A stretch of 63,788 nucleotides of DNA, filler included, from Octopus bimaculoides (Eukaryota), in NCBI RefSeq assembly GCF_001194135.2. It is 6 parts of 5 records of this genome, joined end to end, with 100 filler letters (N's around TTAATTAATTAA, not from the genome) between each part and the next. Parts side by side here need not be neighbours in the genome. Positions count along the whole stretch, not along the records: positions 17,603 to 35,867 come from NC_068994.1; positions 35,968 to 57,475 come from NC_068996.1; 4 more parts are not named here. One strand, written 5' to 3'. Below the pieces are notes generated by a model. The model had not been told where the DNA came from and did no database searches. It saw nothing but the letters and a program-made list of their open reading frames with translations. This document shows positions 26,770 through 40,439 of the stretch, piece by piece. Positions within the stretch are counted from its first letter, which is position 1. Each line of letters opens with the position of its first letter. The position numbers and the translations under genes are program-made.

Positions 26770-27148
26770 TTATTTTATTTGTTTCAATCATTTGACTGTG
26801 GCCATGCTGGAGCACTGCCTTTAGTTGAACAAATCGACCCCAGGATTTATTCTTTGTAAGCCTAGTACTTATTCTATCAGTCTCTTTTGCCGAACCACTA
26901 AGTTACGGGGACGTAAACACGCCACCATCGGTTGTCAAGGAATGGTGGGGAGACAAACACTGGCACACAAACATGTGCGCACACACACACACACATATAT
27001 ATATATACACGACGGGCTTGTTTCACAAGGCTTTGGTCAGCCTGAGGTTATAGTTGAAGACACTTGCCCAAGGTGCCACGCAGTGGGATTGAACTCTGAA
27101 CCATGTGGTTGGTAAGCAAACTACTTACCACACAGCCACTCCTGCACC
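26770..27148 (-). mobile_element. tRNA-derived SINE (family A)
   Basis: Matches other family A copies. Confidence 0.85.
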
Positions 27149-27964
27149 TATATGCAAAAATATCGAAGTTTATGCATATATACAAAAATACTTTCTGTTT
27201 CTTTTGTGATGCTTATACATATCAGCATCATCATCATTTAAATGTCCATTTTCCATGCTGGCAAGGGTTGGATGATTTGAAAGGAACTGACAAGCCAGAG
27301 GACTATGCCAAGCTCCAATATCTACTTTTGCATGGTTTCTATGGTTGGATGCTCTTGCTAGTGCCAACCACTTTACAGTGTAGTGGGTTCCTCACAAAAC
27401 TGGACCTCTCAACTCAGAGATGTAGTATTGAGGGAAGGGCTTCATACCAGCTGATGAAATTAGAGTATAATAGAGGAACAGGAAAGCTGGAAAAAGTGAG
27501 AAGATGGTGGCAATGAGGTATCTGAGCACCCCTCAAATTACAGGAAGGTGAATATAAGAGAAGTGGTACAAAGGATTTGATAGAGTGAGTGGGTTGGTAA
27601 GTTCTTGAGGGTCTGAAAGGAAAGGCAGATGGATTAAAATTAGGTGAATGCAGAGAATAGTAAAAATGGGTGGGGGCATGGTTGGAGGTAAATATGGTTG
27701 GTGGTGGTGAGGAATAGGAGTATATCAGAGAGATAACAAATAATGCGATGTGGAGGGTATAAGAGAGATGCACGGTGCCAGAGACAAGTGATACATAGTG
27801 GTGAGAATAGTGAGCGAGGAATAGAGGTATTGGTATGTTACTGGAAAAAGAGTGGTGAAAGGAGTATTCAGTAGGAATTTGCACCCCATATCAGCTTTAA
27901 CTTAAACTGATCTGGGGTGCAGAAACGTATGTCGTGATCCACTGTTAAAGCCTGTTAACTTCCA

Positions 27965-29700
27965 TCCTTGTGTTTTATTCATCATCATCATTTCATGCTG
28001 GAATAGGTTGGATGGTTTGGATGGTTTGACCAGGGCTGGCAAGCTGGAAGGCTGCAACAGATCCAGTCTGATTTGGTATGGGTTCTATGGCTGAATGCCC
28101 TTCATAATGTCAACCACCCGAGAGTGTAATGGGTTCTTTTATGTGCCACCAGCTTATGTGCCATTTGCACGACACCAGTATCAGCCACAACTGCTATTTT
28201 ACTTGGTTTAATGGGTTTTCTTCTCAAACATGACATAGTGCCAAAGGTCTTGGTCATTCGTCATTGCCTCCATGAGGCTCAACACTTGAAAGGTGCTTTT
28301 CACATGCCACTGGCATCACCCACTTTGGCCTCCATGAGGCCCAATGCTTGAAAGGTGCTTTTTATGTGCCAGTTACATGACACCAACATTGGCCACAACT
28401 ATGATTTCACTTGGCTTGACAGGTCTTCTCAAGCAACATTCAAACGGTATGTTTCACATGCCACTGGCATCACCCACTTTACCTCTGTGAGGCCCAATGC
28501 TTGAAAGGTGCTTTTTACATGCCACTGGCATGGGTCCCAGTTACATGACACCAGCATCGACCACGACTATGATTTCACTTGGCTTGATGGGCCTTCTCAA
28601 GCACAGCATTTCGCTAAAGGTCTTGGTCACTAGTCATTGCTTCTGAGAGGCCTAAAGTTTGAAGATCCTGCTTCACCACCTCATCCTATGTCTTCCTGGG
28701 TCTACGTCTACCATGGGTTCTCTCCACACTTGGAGATCAGCACTTCTTTACACAGTAGTCCTTGTCCATGTGCATCTGATTTTTTATTACCCATGCGGGT
28801 TTTATTACCCATGTGCATCACATGACCATTCCAGTTGTCTTTCTTGCACACCACATGTGATGCCTCTTATGCTCAACTTTTCACTCAGGACACTTACACT
28901 CTGTCATACATGCACAGTAGCATTGCTCATCCAGTGAAGCATACTGGCTTTATTTCTTTCAAGTCTACACAGGTCTTTAGCTGTCACAGCCCATGTTTCA
29001 CTGTGTGTGGCATAACTTTTCGCATACAGGCATCATACAATCTGCCTTTCATTCTGAGAGAGAGGTCCTTTGTTGCCAGCAGAGAAAGGAAGTCTCTGAA
29101 CTTTGCAAAGCCTATTCTTATTCTCACAGCTATGCTCTCAGAGCATCCACCTGTGCTACTAACTTGGTTATCTGGATAACAAAAGCTATCTACTACCTCT
29201 AGCCTGTCAGTTGATGGAGTCTATTTTTGTACATTTTTGGTGTTTATTGTACCTGTGCATCTTCCACACACAAAAGCTATTTTCCCTATTAACCTTCCTC
29301 TGATACTGCTGCACCTCTTCTGTGTGTATAGCTTACATTGGGTACATCTTATGGAGTTTCTTCCTACGCCTTTTCTACAGATCGAGCAGAGCCATTTGCC
29401 TGAAGGAATTTGTGATTTGTTTGCCCTCCTACTTTGGTTTTTACTAGGTTAACTGTAAGGCCCTTTGATTATAGACCTTGCTTCCATACCTGAAACTTCT
29501 TCTCTAGCTCTGGTAGTGATTCTGTTATAAGAACAAAGTCATCAGCATAGAGGAGCTCCCAGGGCAGCCTGTCTTAAATTCCTCAGTTATTGCCTTATGA
29601 TGAACAAATGAGGGCTGAGGACTGATCCTTAGTGAACTCCTACTTGTACCCTGAATTCTTCACTACTTGTTGCCAACCCTCACCTTACTGATAGTGTCTA
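27965..29700 (-). mobile_element. RTE-clade LINE 3' half with tandemly repeated 3' UTR
   Basis: ELLYADD motif near 29540-29570, RT C-terminus down to about 28660, and repeated gaaaggtgctttt..atgccactggcat units at 28170-28660. Confidence 0.85.
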
Positions 29701-30017
29701 TTATAATATATGTGTGTGTGTGTGTGTGTGTGACAGTTTTCCATGCTGGCACAGCTTGGATGGTTTGACAGCAGCTGTCTGTTTTGGCATGGTTTTACAT
29801 CTGGATGCCCTTCCAAATGCCAACCACTTTACAGAGTGGACTGAATGGTTTTTATGTGGCGTCAGCACTGGCAGATTCACCAAGTAACTCACAAGACAAA
29901 GAGATTTTGAGAGATGGAGCATTAGAGGAGGTGGCCTTGTGTCAGGTGATGAGATGCTAGAGGGTGACAAGGGAACAAAAACAGGTGTCTTGCTATAGAG
30001 GAGATACATAGTTACCT

Positions 30018-30067
<50 letters not shown>

Positions 30068-30499
30068 TGGAAGAGAGCGAGAGTGAGAGAGCAAGAAAGA
30101 GAAAGATGAGAGAGAGAAAGAGATGGTGGTGAAGTGCCAGGGCATACTCTCAAGGTAAGGAAATCAGTATATAAATGGGATGGTAAAGTATTGCCAAGGG
30201 TGCATGAGTAGGGATTTCACAGGAATGCAAAGAGCAGGGGAAGGGATGCAGTGACTGGTTAAACCTGGGTATATTGAGGAGGAGGGGAACAACAGGATAG
30301 CAACAATACAGTGAGCAAAGAGTGAGAGATAAGCATAAGCTTAGTGCACGTAAAAGAATAGATGTGAGGAAGAGAAGGGAAGAGATGTAGTTTGGTTTGT
30401 TGGATAGGGTGTTAGAAAAATATTATTGTTACATGTGGGTGGAACACGTAGTGCTTCCAGAACTCAGTTTCGCTGAAGTGAGTGGGTCTTCTCAAGAAC

Positions 30500-31280
30500 C
30501 TCATATCATCAGACGTCTTAGTCCATTGTCAACTCACTACTTCATCCCATGTCTTTTTGGGTCTCTCTCTTCCACAGGTGCCATTCACTTTAAGCAATCA
30601 GCACTTCTTTATACAGCTGTCTTCATTCATGCACATCACATGTTCAAACTAATGTAGTCTTCTCTTTTGCATACTGCATCTGCTTATTGTTTCTGTACAT
30701 ATGAAGACAACTTTTTCTGTAATTCCACTGCATCTCTTCTGTGTTTATAGCTTACACTGGGTGCAGTGAATGGAATTACTTCCAACTCCTTTCCTACATG
30801 TTGAGCTGAGCCATTTACCTGGTAGAAAGAGAGTCTTGTCTGCTTTTTTTGCTAACAACTTTGGTCTCTGCTAGTTTAACTTTAAGGCCCTTTGATTCCA
30901 GGTTTTGCTTCCATACCTGGAATTTCTTCTCCATTTCTGCTACAGATTCTGCAATAAGAACAAGGTCATCAGCATATAATAGTTGTTATGGGCAGGCACT
31001 TTTGGATTCCTGCAGGACTATAATGAATAAGAGTGGACTGAGAACTGAGCCTACTAGTACATTACTGTATTCATGGCTGACTCTCACCCTATTGATAGCA
31101 CTGTTGTACATGGCTTGTACAGCTCTACCAAGCCACTCATCTACACTTAACTTCCTTGGAGACCATCAGATAACAGAGTGAGAAACTCTATCAAAATCTT
31201 TCTCCAGATCAACAAAAGCCAAGTACAATGGTTTACTTTTAGCCAAATACTTCTACAATAATCTCACAGGGCATCTGTGA
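30500..31280 (-). mobile_element. RTE-clade LINE RT fragment
   Basis: LLYADDLVL near 30960-30985; homologous to 18100-18600. Confidence 0.9.
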
Positions 31281-31599
31281 CACTCATACTAGAGGGCTAG
31301 GTAATTTATTTGAGAAAGGTGGGCAAAGCAGGTTCCTGCAGAGGGATTTGCATGGTTACTCAAAGAAAGTGTGGGCTTGGCAGAATGATAATGGTGATAA
31401 AGTGTTCATGTAGCCCCACAAGGCACAAGCTGTATAGAAGAGATGGTATGGGCAGGTGAATGGGAGATAGGGGCAAACTGCATGATGTGCATAGATATCC
31501 ATGCATGTGTGGGCTCATTCTGCACTCAGTTTTTCTGTAAACATGTATGTGTACATGCATGTCAATATATGAGCATGCATATGTATGTGTGTGTGTATG

Positions 31600-31644
<45 letters not shown>

Positions 31645-31692
31645 CACACACACATGTAAATTTGTGTATACAGGTGTATGTGTGGATGTACA

Positions 31693-31757
<65 letters not shown>

Positions 31758-32139
31758 TGCATGTATGTCTACATACCCATTTTTCTTAATGTTTATATAC
31801 TTGTATGTAAATGTATGTATGTATACGTACGTAAAAGTATGTATGAATATGTACCTTTGTATACATATGGAAAAGCTTGTCTACATGTGTTTGTGTGTGT
31901 GTGTGTAGTTATATACAAATAAGTGTATGTATATATACATATATATTTATTGTCTGTACAAAGATGTGTTTATGTGCATGTAAGAGCTTATATTTATGTA
32001 AGCTTGTGTATGCATGTAGATGTATTGTCTTTATAAAGGTATATGTGTGTGTGTATAATTATATGTATGAGTATGTGTGCATGTACATAATGTACGTGTG
32101 TGTGGGTGTGTGTGTGTATGTATGTATATATATATATAT

Positions 32140-32630
32140 AAATTTAAATAATAAGGGTGAAAAATTGAATATTAATTTGATTGATATCAATTTAAAACCA
32201 GTGCCCTAGCAAATTGAAAAATCTGAAGATTCAGAAAAATTATATTACATACATATAAGAAGGATGGCCACTAAGTGGGCATCCCTTTTTCTCGAAGAAG
32301 ACCACCTATGGTCTGACCACTAAGAAAAGATTGTTCTCAAGAAAATTCAGCAAACACCAGAACATAAGCGAGCAAGAGAAATGAAAAGATACAAAATATA
32401 AAGATTAATCATAGACCAGTTTCATTGTTAACTACTTACGTAATTGTCTGCAACTCTTCAGTATGATCGTCTTCACAATATATTTTGCAGAACTATACAT
32501 GAGACGTCCACATGAGATTGAACATGTATGTAGTTCTATCAATTACATTTGGGGTTATATTTCAAAAGTCTTCGTTTTGGCGCGCCAAATACCTGAAATA
32601 ATTCTGCAGAAAATAATTATATATATATAT
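32140..32630 (-). mobile_element. Penelope-like terminal-repeat remnant
   Basis: Contains a well-formed HHR motif and has no ORF. Confidence 0.6.
32408..32467 (-). ncRNA. Type I hammerhead ribozyme motif
   Basis: Minus strand reads ATCATA-CTGAAGA-[gttg..aattac GTAA gtagtt..caat]-GAAAC-TG-GTC-TATGAT. 6-bp stem I, GNRA-capped stem II, GUC site. Confidence 0.8.
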
Positions 32631-32849
32631 ATGCATGTTTGTACATTTGTATATTACATATACATATATATATCTATGTGTGTATGTGTACTCATTCTTT
32701 TCTTTCTTTTTATGCATATGTAACAGTAGATATATANNNNNNNNNNNNNNNNNNNNNNNNNNNNNNNNNNNNNNNNNNNNNNNNNNNNNNNNNNNNNNNN
32801 NNNNNNNNNNNNNNNNNNNNNNNNNNNNNNNNNNNNNNNNNNNNNNNNN

Positions 32850-34030
32850 AGTTGAATGAGAGAAGACAAGCGAACAGTTGAAAAGGAAGCATATAGAAAA
32901 CATGGAAGGTTAAAAAATGGAAAATGGAAAAGTAAAGGGTAAAAGAAGCATCCTCCTTAGACCTTAAATTATATGGCCAGAGAGATTATCAGGTTAATCA
33001 GGTATAGGCAGAATTTTCCAATTCTTCAAAATGTATTTAGACATATATTTACAACCACTGGAAATTTCAGACTTAGAGTTCAGTAGTGAGTAAAAGGGTC
33101 TTAGATCTGAAAAGGATCTGAGCTCTTTCGGCTAAACATAATTTACATTTATTGATCTATTAACATAGGGTATGAAGTTTTCAATTATTTTCCGCTTAAT
33201 CACGTGGTGTTGCATTAGATTTCAAACTCCATATGTGGCAAGCCAACTTAGTAGCTTTGCTTTTGTTCTTATGTCAGGAGGATATGTGATTGACATAGCA
33301 ATTTTTAAATTCTCTTTCAGAGTATAGGTCTTATATGTTGTATTATCATCTAGCATTGCAGTAACTTCTGCCTCATATATGACAGATTTAATCATACATT
33401 GTTGGTCAAGTGGACTGGATTCTGGGTTTTGACAGTTATAACTGGATTTAGACTCTTGGTATTAATTTTGTGTAATGATACTCTTTGTATTGGGGCAGCA
33501 GCTAGATAATTTCACAAAACGCTTATTAAATATTTTCTTGTATCTGCGAGTTACTGGAAAGCGTTTGTCTTGGAGAGACAGGAATCTTTTACCTAAGTTG
33601 GTTTTATATTAAGGGAAAAGGGAGGGACAGACCAAATAATTTTCCTATTATTCTGATTAATATTAGAAGGGTTATGTATTACTTATCTTTGAAGCCACTA
33701 GATCTCATACTATTATTCTAATTAATATTAGAGGGATTATATATTAATATATCTTTGAAACTACTATTGGCTAGGGCATTTAAGGAGGATAACTCTTTTA
33801 CCTTTTTCTGATTTTTACTTTTTTGTTTACTATTTTCCATTTTCCGTTTTTTAACCTTCCTCATTTTCGGTATGTTTCCTTAACTTTTCACGTTTCTTCT
33901 CTCATTCAATTTTTAGTTCATTATGATATCTGGTTTGTGCCTGATGAATATGTTTGAGGTATTTCTCAGCATATGAAACCATTAGTAGCACATAAAAATA
34001 TGTATTGTGCCTATTAAATAATATTTATCT
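32850..34030 (-). mobile_element. Penelope-like element: GIY-YIG region plus inverted terminal repeat
   Basis: About 33650-33020 on minus encodes KIIWSVPPFSLN/NLGKRFLSL.DKRFP...KIFNKRFVKLSSCCPN...SVIYEAEV...KLACHIWSLK...CKLCLAE...LLNSKSEI, with frameshifts. 32850-32960 is inverted-repeated at 33780-33910. Confidence 0.9.
33936..33992 (+). ncRNA. Type I hammerhead ribozyme motif
   Basis: TGTGC-CTGATGA-[atatgtttgag gtattt ctcagcatat]-GAAAC-CATTA-GTA-GCACA. Predicted cut after A33987. Confidence 0.85.
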
Positions 34031-34290
34031 CTCACCAGATGGAGTACTTTTTTGTTGATTTTACCATTACGAAACAGTACATTATTTATTTACTTTCGGG
34101 ACCTATGACTATTTTGCAGAATTAATGGTAAATTTATTTGGTTATTTCTGAAAACTTTATCCAAAAAATCCGAAAGCATAGCCTGTGCTGTGTCTGTATC
34201 AGAAGATAGTCGCTCATCTTCTAATCATTGAAAATTGAAGGAAATTGGAATACGATAATTACTTAATGCACTTTATATATATACTTTATA

Positions 34291-35800
34291 CACATTGAAC
34301 TGCAAAAGAAATGCAAGGTGTGTGTGACTGTGAAATATGTTTTCATTTCATTATGTCAGAGATAAATTTTGATAAATCTGATGAAATCAAATTCTTGGAT
34401 GTACTTCAACCACAGTCTATGGGTTGTTGTCATGTATTCTGGTAGTGGGTGGATCCAGCATATTGAGATTGTAGGGCGTGACATGTTCAATACCACGTAT
34501 GCCCTCCTTGAGTGTTCAAAACGGCTATACACCCTCCGTACATGAAGTGCATGAGGCAGTTCACAAAATCCATTGGCACCTGTGCCCACACCCTTAAGAA
34601 AGCTGCCTCCAGTTCCACACAAGTTGTCATCCTTGGGACCACCTGGTTCAGTCGTCTCTGGATTTCATCCCACAGGTGTTCAACTGGGTTCAAATCTGGG
34701 CTGTGAGCTGACCATGGCATGGTTCTGACATTTTGCTGACGCTGGAAGTCGATGGTGACCCTAGCCATGTGGGATGGAGCATTGTCCTGCTGGAATATGT
34801 GGCTATGGTGATACACGAAGAAGGGCATGTTGTGAGGTCTTAGGATCTGGTCAACATAGCACTGCACTGTGATGCCATTCCCTCTGCCTGCACCAACATT
34901 TTGGAACACATGGGGCCCAATTCTCTGATTCAGGCCTGTAGAACCCCAAACCATGATGCTTTGGCCACCCCACGTGTCTCTCTGTAGTGTTCACTCCTCC
35001 TACGCCACACCCCCACTCTGCCATCCAAGGTGGAGACGCAGTACTGGCTCTTATTGGAGAAGACTATCAGCCTCCATTGTTGCTGCTGCCAATGTCGGTG
35101 CTGTGTAGCCCACTGTAGTCGTACCTGATGGTGGTAGGTAGTGAGGACAAGCATTCAAGCAGGACAACTGCAATGCAGATTTTTGGCAGTCAGTCAAAGT
35201 TGTACTGTATCGTCGCTGATGGGTTGCTGTCAAGTGCCAATGGCCTTGCAAGCTGTCATGCTGGCTGGTCTTAAGCGATCACGGAGGTGTTGCAGGTGGA
35301 CGAAGAGGTCCTGTCTGGGTGTGGTCACCCGGAGGTGCCCTCTGCATGCATGGTCTGCAGTGCTGTTGTGTCGCTGTTGCCTGTGATAGATGGTGCTGAC
35401 ATGGACATTGCAAGCTTTCACAACAACCAGGGCATGCTTCCTTTCTTGCAATCGGCCGATAGCTTGTTCTCTCTGCACTGCTGACAATTGGGTTATACCT
35501 GATGCATCCAAATTACAAATGTCAGGAACACGTTTCAAGTTGATTTTTATACCCATAACCTCCACAAGATGCACGTGCATTTTGGTTTTCATGACAAGTC
35601 GTTTGCAACTGCCACCCATGGCATTCAACGCAGCTGCGTTTTGGTGTTTTGTTTCAGGGAAAGTTGAAAGATCACCTGCAATTTGGATCTCAGCTATAAA
35701 CCAGCATGTATTGGAATATTTACACTTACATCCCCAAAATAAATTTTCAGAATTTTTCATATAAAAATGACATTTGAAAAAATTCCTCCCCATCTGTCTC
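34291..35800 (-). mobile_element. Tc1 transposon (DD34E), disrupted
   Basis: EQAIGRL, GHLRVTTPRQD, IVFSNKS, FQQDNAPSH and SPDLNPVEHLW motifs, with 34 residues between the second D and the E. TA-CAC end at 34289; the other end is not found. Confidence 0.92.
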
Positions 35801-36514
35801 CTCTCCGCCCCATTAGATGGAAACTGAAAGAAGCCCGTATATACATATGTGTGTGTGCTTTTGTGTCNNNNNNNNNNNNNNNNNNNNNNNNNNNNNNNNN
35901 NNNNNNNNNNNTTAATTAATTAANNNNNNNNNNNNNNNNNNNNNNNNNNNNNNNNNNNNNNNNNNNNATATATATATATATATATATAATGTATATAAAT
36001 ATATAAGTATGTGTGTGCGTGTGTATGTTTATGTGCGTGCGCGCGCGCCTTTCTGTTGGTGTGTGTGCTCCACTACCGCTTGACAATTGATGCTGGTGTA
36101 TTCACGTCTCCGTGAACTAATGTTTCGGCTAAAGCGAGACAGAATAAGCGCCAGGCTTTAGAAAAATGTATTGGGAGTAGATAATCTCCACTAAAAGCGT
36201 TGCCCCAGCATGGCCACAGTCTAATGACTGAAGCAAGTAAAAGATAAACGATAACTATCCATGACATCGCTTTATAATGTTCTAATTCACTTTGTCCAAC
36301 GTTACGCTTCCCTACGGTACGTAAGAACGAGCAAAAGTGAACCAGCAGTTGAGCAGCTAGGTTTTCATTCAGCATGCTAGAAATGGCAACCCATCAAACT
36401 CTACTGTCTTTAAATTGAAAGAACATGTCAAATAATAGGAATTCAATAAACTATGAGATGAGCACTACTGGTGAATCTCACATCTTTTTACATGTTTAAT
36501 CAAGCAAGACAAAA

Positions 36515-36569
36515 ATGGCAGACAACAACGCCGAGGACGAATATGTCGACAACTTCATCAACAATAAAA
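36515..36569 (+). CDS. Putative first coding exon (MADNNAEDEYVDNFINNK, ends phase 1), product unknown
   Basis: aaaaATGG start context, CpG-retaining codon-like composition, GTAAGC donor at 36570. Confidence 0.55.
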
Positions 36570-37025
36570 GTAAGCTAATATTCACGAATCATTGACGCTG
36601 CCTCTACGCATTTGGTTACTGAACGAAAGGTTATACTGAAACTACTTACAGATATTTAAAAATAGACGGGATGTCGATAAGAAGAACGGCCGTGATGTTA
36701 GATTTGTTTAACAGGAGATAAGTTGAGATTGGATAACAACAAATTTCAGTAAGAGGACAAATAAGCATAAATAAATATAAATACAGTAATAAATACAAAT
36801 GTAATTCCCAGCAATGGCATAAGACCACATCAATAATCCAACAGTAGAATGGAAAATAACTTGTAACGTTCTATACTGAAATTCGAATTTCAATGGCTCG
36901 ACGAAACGCCTCGTTAGAGGCTTTGAAACTTTACGTAGCACAGAATTCGAATCAAGCTGTTCTGATCCATACATGTAACTGCCCATAAATGTGTTGACTG
37001 CCCTTCTTTCGTTTGCCACTCACAA

Positions 37026-37069
<44 letters not shown>

Positions 37070-38155
37070 CGTCATATGTAGACAAGCAAAAGTTTGTTTT
37101 TGAAGAGTTGAAATTTATTGTAGAACAAGTAGAAAGATATTTTCTTTCAACACGTAAATACTGAACAGTATATCTAAAGGATAAAATCCTTTTAAGAGCA
37201 AGAAAATTTGCCGGCAACCAGCCATGAGGATCGAACTCACACTCCCTCCAATATCGGTTGGAGTGCTCTACTCTTTAAGCCAAACTGTCGACCGGCGAAT
37301 TCTCCTGCAGTTTTATATATACTGTTCAGTGTTTACGTGTTGAAAAAAAAAATTATCTTTCTACTCGTTCTATATATATATGTATATATCTAAATGGTAA
37401 AAAGAAGACAAAGAAAATTCTTTAACACATTTTTAATGATTCGTTACAATTGTTTCTGTACCAACTCTATTTGCAACGAATCCGTTAAGATGTGTTAGAG
37501 AGTTTTCTTTGACTTCTTATCATTTGGATTATTTACTCCTCGTCAAACCCTCTTTACGTTTTAATCGTCGTAAAACTTGAATTTTCTACACTTGAGAAAT
37601 TCCCTCTTTGGCCTGGGATCCAAGTGTTGGTTGCCCAGACTACTGGTCGACTGCTTCTCTGGAACTACCCTAACTTTACACCCTAGCAGGACCTTAGATT
37701 TCTCTCTCACTCTTTCTCTGTGTGGGCGCGCGTGAGTGTGTGTGTTTGTTGTATAAAACAGACAAGAAAAAGGAATAAAGAGAGGAAAATGAGTGAGAAG
37801 TTTAATTAGTCGAAAGAGAATTGATGGATGTATCAAAAGATTTGAGGAAAAATTGAGACGAGCGAAACTGTGAGCCTCACTCGATGTGCTACAAATAGTA
37901 GTTATATCACTGTCAAATTGCACCACAATGGGAAAAAATATATCATATAATGTCGTAGTTGCTTTTTTCACAAACAATAAAACAATGTCGGAATGGTCAA
38001 AGCTGGAAAGTCTTTCAACAAATGCTTGCTAAATTAGAGCAGACCTGGAGCTAAAATTGCTGCAAAAATATTGAAGAGAAGAGGTTATAACAGAGAAACA
38101 CGCATATGCACATGCAAACGTGGGTGAGTGTATGTATGTATGCGTGGGTATATGT

Positions 38156-38673
38156 GTGTGTATGTGTGTGTCTTTGTACATACTAGTAATTAAAAACCAA
38201 CACGAGACCACATGAGTATGAAATAAAACTGAGATCAATGCTGGAACTGATTCTCTTTCAGTTTTTTTTTCGGATGTTAATTCAACATTTTACTGAAGCA
38301 GTAATTCGTTTCTCTCTTAAGATTTTGTAGCTTGCTATCTTAAAAAAGCAAAATGTATTGCTCATCTTCATACGTAAGTTTCGAGCCATGACATGTCTTC
38401 ATCTATATATCTTTCTTTCTTTAGAAGTTTATTATTTTATAACCTTATACATAACGTGTGTATGTGTGTGTCTTTGTACATACTAGTAATTAAAAACCAA
38501 CACGAGACCACATGAGTATGAAATAAAACTGAGATCAATGCTGGAACTGATTCTCTTTCAGTTTTTTTTTCGGATGTTAATTCAACATTTTACTGAAGCA
38601 GTAATTCGTTTCTCTCTTAAGATTTTGTAGCTTGCTATCTTAAAAAAGCAAAATGTATTGCTCATCTTCATAC
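38156..38673. repeat. Identical 218-bp direct duplication abutting a gap
   Basis: 38156-38373 equals 38456-38673, and the second copy ends at an N run. Confidence 0.9.
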
Positions 38674-38823
38674 NNNNNNNNNNNNNNNNNNNNNNNNNNN
38701 NNNNNNNNNNNNNNNNNNNNNNNNNNNNNNNNNNNNNNNNNNNNNNNNNNNNNNNNNNNNNNNNNNNNNNNNNNNNNNNNNNNNNNNNNNNNNNNNNNNN
38801 NNNNNNNNNNNNNNNNNNNNNNN

Positions 38824-38856
<33 letters not shown>

Positions 38857-38911
38857 ACATACATACACATGTACACACACACGCACACACGAACACAAGC
38901 ATGTACACACA

Positions 38912-38970
<59 letters not shown>

Positions 38971-39839
38971 TTATGCTTTAATTTCAAAGTCGTGTAATAT
39001 TGCTTTCTAGTTTTGACACGAGTTCACTAGTTATGAATGTTGGGGGTGGGATGCTTACGCGGTACCATCGACCCCTGTAATTGACTTTAGTGGTTTAGTT
39101 TATCACTTCCATCGGCTAAAAGACAAAACATTGAAGTCAGAATCTGAAAAAACCCTGAAGAATTACTGAAAGTTATCTTCTGTAAGGTTCAAATGCTTCT
39201 GTCAATCCACCATATCTAATTCTGCAATTAATAATAAAACGTGTATATGAAGTTATAAATACAAATATCACATCAGACAGAGATGAAGATCAACAAACAG
39301 TAGCACTGATATTTTATCTTCTTTAATACCTATAAATAAACAATAATCGGGGACGTTCCAGTGGAAATTGCACTTCTAATTTTTACGATGGAGATTTTTC
39401 CCTTTTTCAAGGGACCAGTTGCTTTCTGAGATTTTCGACCTTAGTTAAGCAAATGAACGACGCTATATTTCCACTGCTACGAACACAAGTCAAATATGTT
39501 GACGAATTGTCTTTTTTTTTTCCTTCTTGGCAATAACTGCAAAAAAAAAAAACGAAGAAAAAAATCATTATTATATACTTGTTATTATATACGTGTTTTT
39601 TTCGTAATATTTGCTCACCGCCACTACCACCATCGCCTAATCTGACTTTTATTTCTTTGACTTCATACAACTTTGGCTATTAATTGCAACACTTTGAACT
39701 GAACACTATTATCTGATTGATAACTTCAAATGATACATACAAACATGCTCTCTCTCACTCTCTCTTTCTTTCCCTATATGTATATATATGTTATATAGAT
39801 GTTATAAATCTCCTATGAATTTCTCAATAAAGAGAAGTT

Positions 39840-39880
39840 GCACTGATGATGAAACGCCATGGGTCGAAACGTACGTATGC
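39840..39880 (+). ncRNA. Minimal type I hammerhead ribozyme motif, weak stem II
   Basis: GCA-CTGATGA-tgaaacgccatgggtc-GAAAC-GTAC-GTA-TGC. Stem III ACGTACGT is palindromic, and AATAAA follows. Confidence 0.6.
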
Positions 39881-40197
39881 TGATGAATAAAACATTAAAT
39901 AGATTACACATGTTATTATGTACCATGTTTATATATTTTTTTTCAAATTTTGTAAAGGCAACTAGCTTTAAAGTCTTAAGAGAGAAAATATTATTTCTTC
40001 CTGAAAGAAGTGAATAAATCGCACACACACACACGCACACACTCACGCACACACACGCACCCACACACACACACACACACACACACCTACCCTCACATGC
40101 ACGCACACATGCCTTAAAAGATATACGTCTACAAATACACGCGTCACCGCGTCACCACACAATATATGTATGTATATATGTATATCTCTCTCTCGCC

Positions 40198-40238
<41 letters not shown>

Positions 40239-40439
40239 CGCACACAAACACACACACACGCACACATACATACACACATACATACACATACACAGCGAAG
40301 ATTGAACCCAGAAGCGCCTGTTAACAAATGAACTTCTTAAGCAATCGGCCATACCGCACCTACACCTACACACACACACACACACACACACGTATATAGA
40401 TATATAAATGTATATGTATGTGTGGATACATATAGTTAT

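Noticed and set aside
30460-30520. Minus-strand CTGATGA...GAAAC
   Set aside because: No stem I or II pairing; lies at the edge of an RTE fragment.
38156-38673. Tandem duplication as a biological event (also 8759-8890, 58096-58190, 58302-58410)
   Set aside because: Copies are identical and abut N gaps; most likely unmerged contig overlaps or haplotigs.
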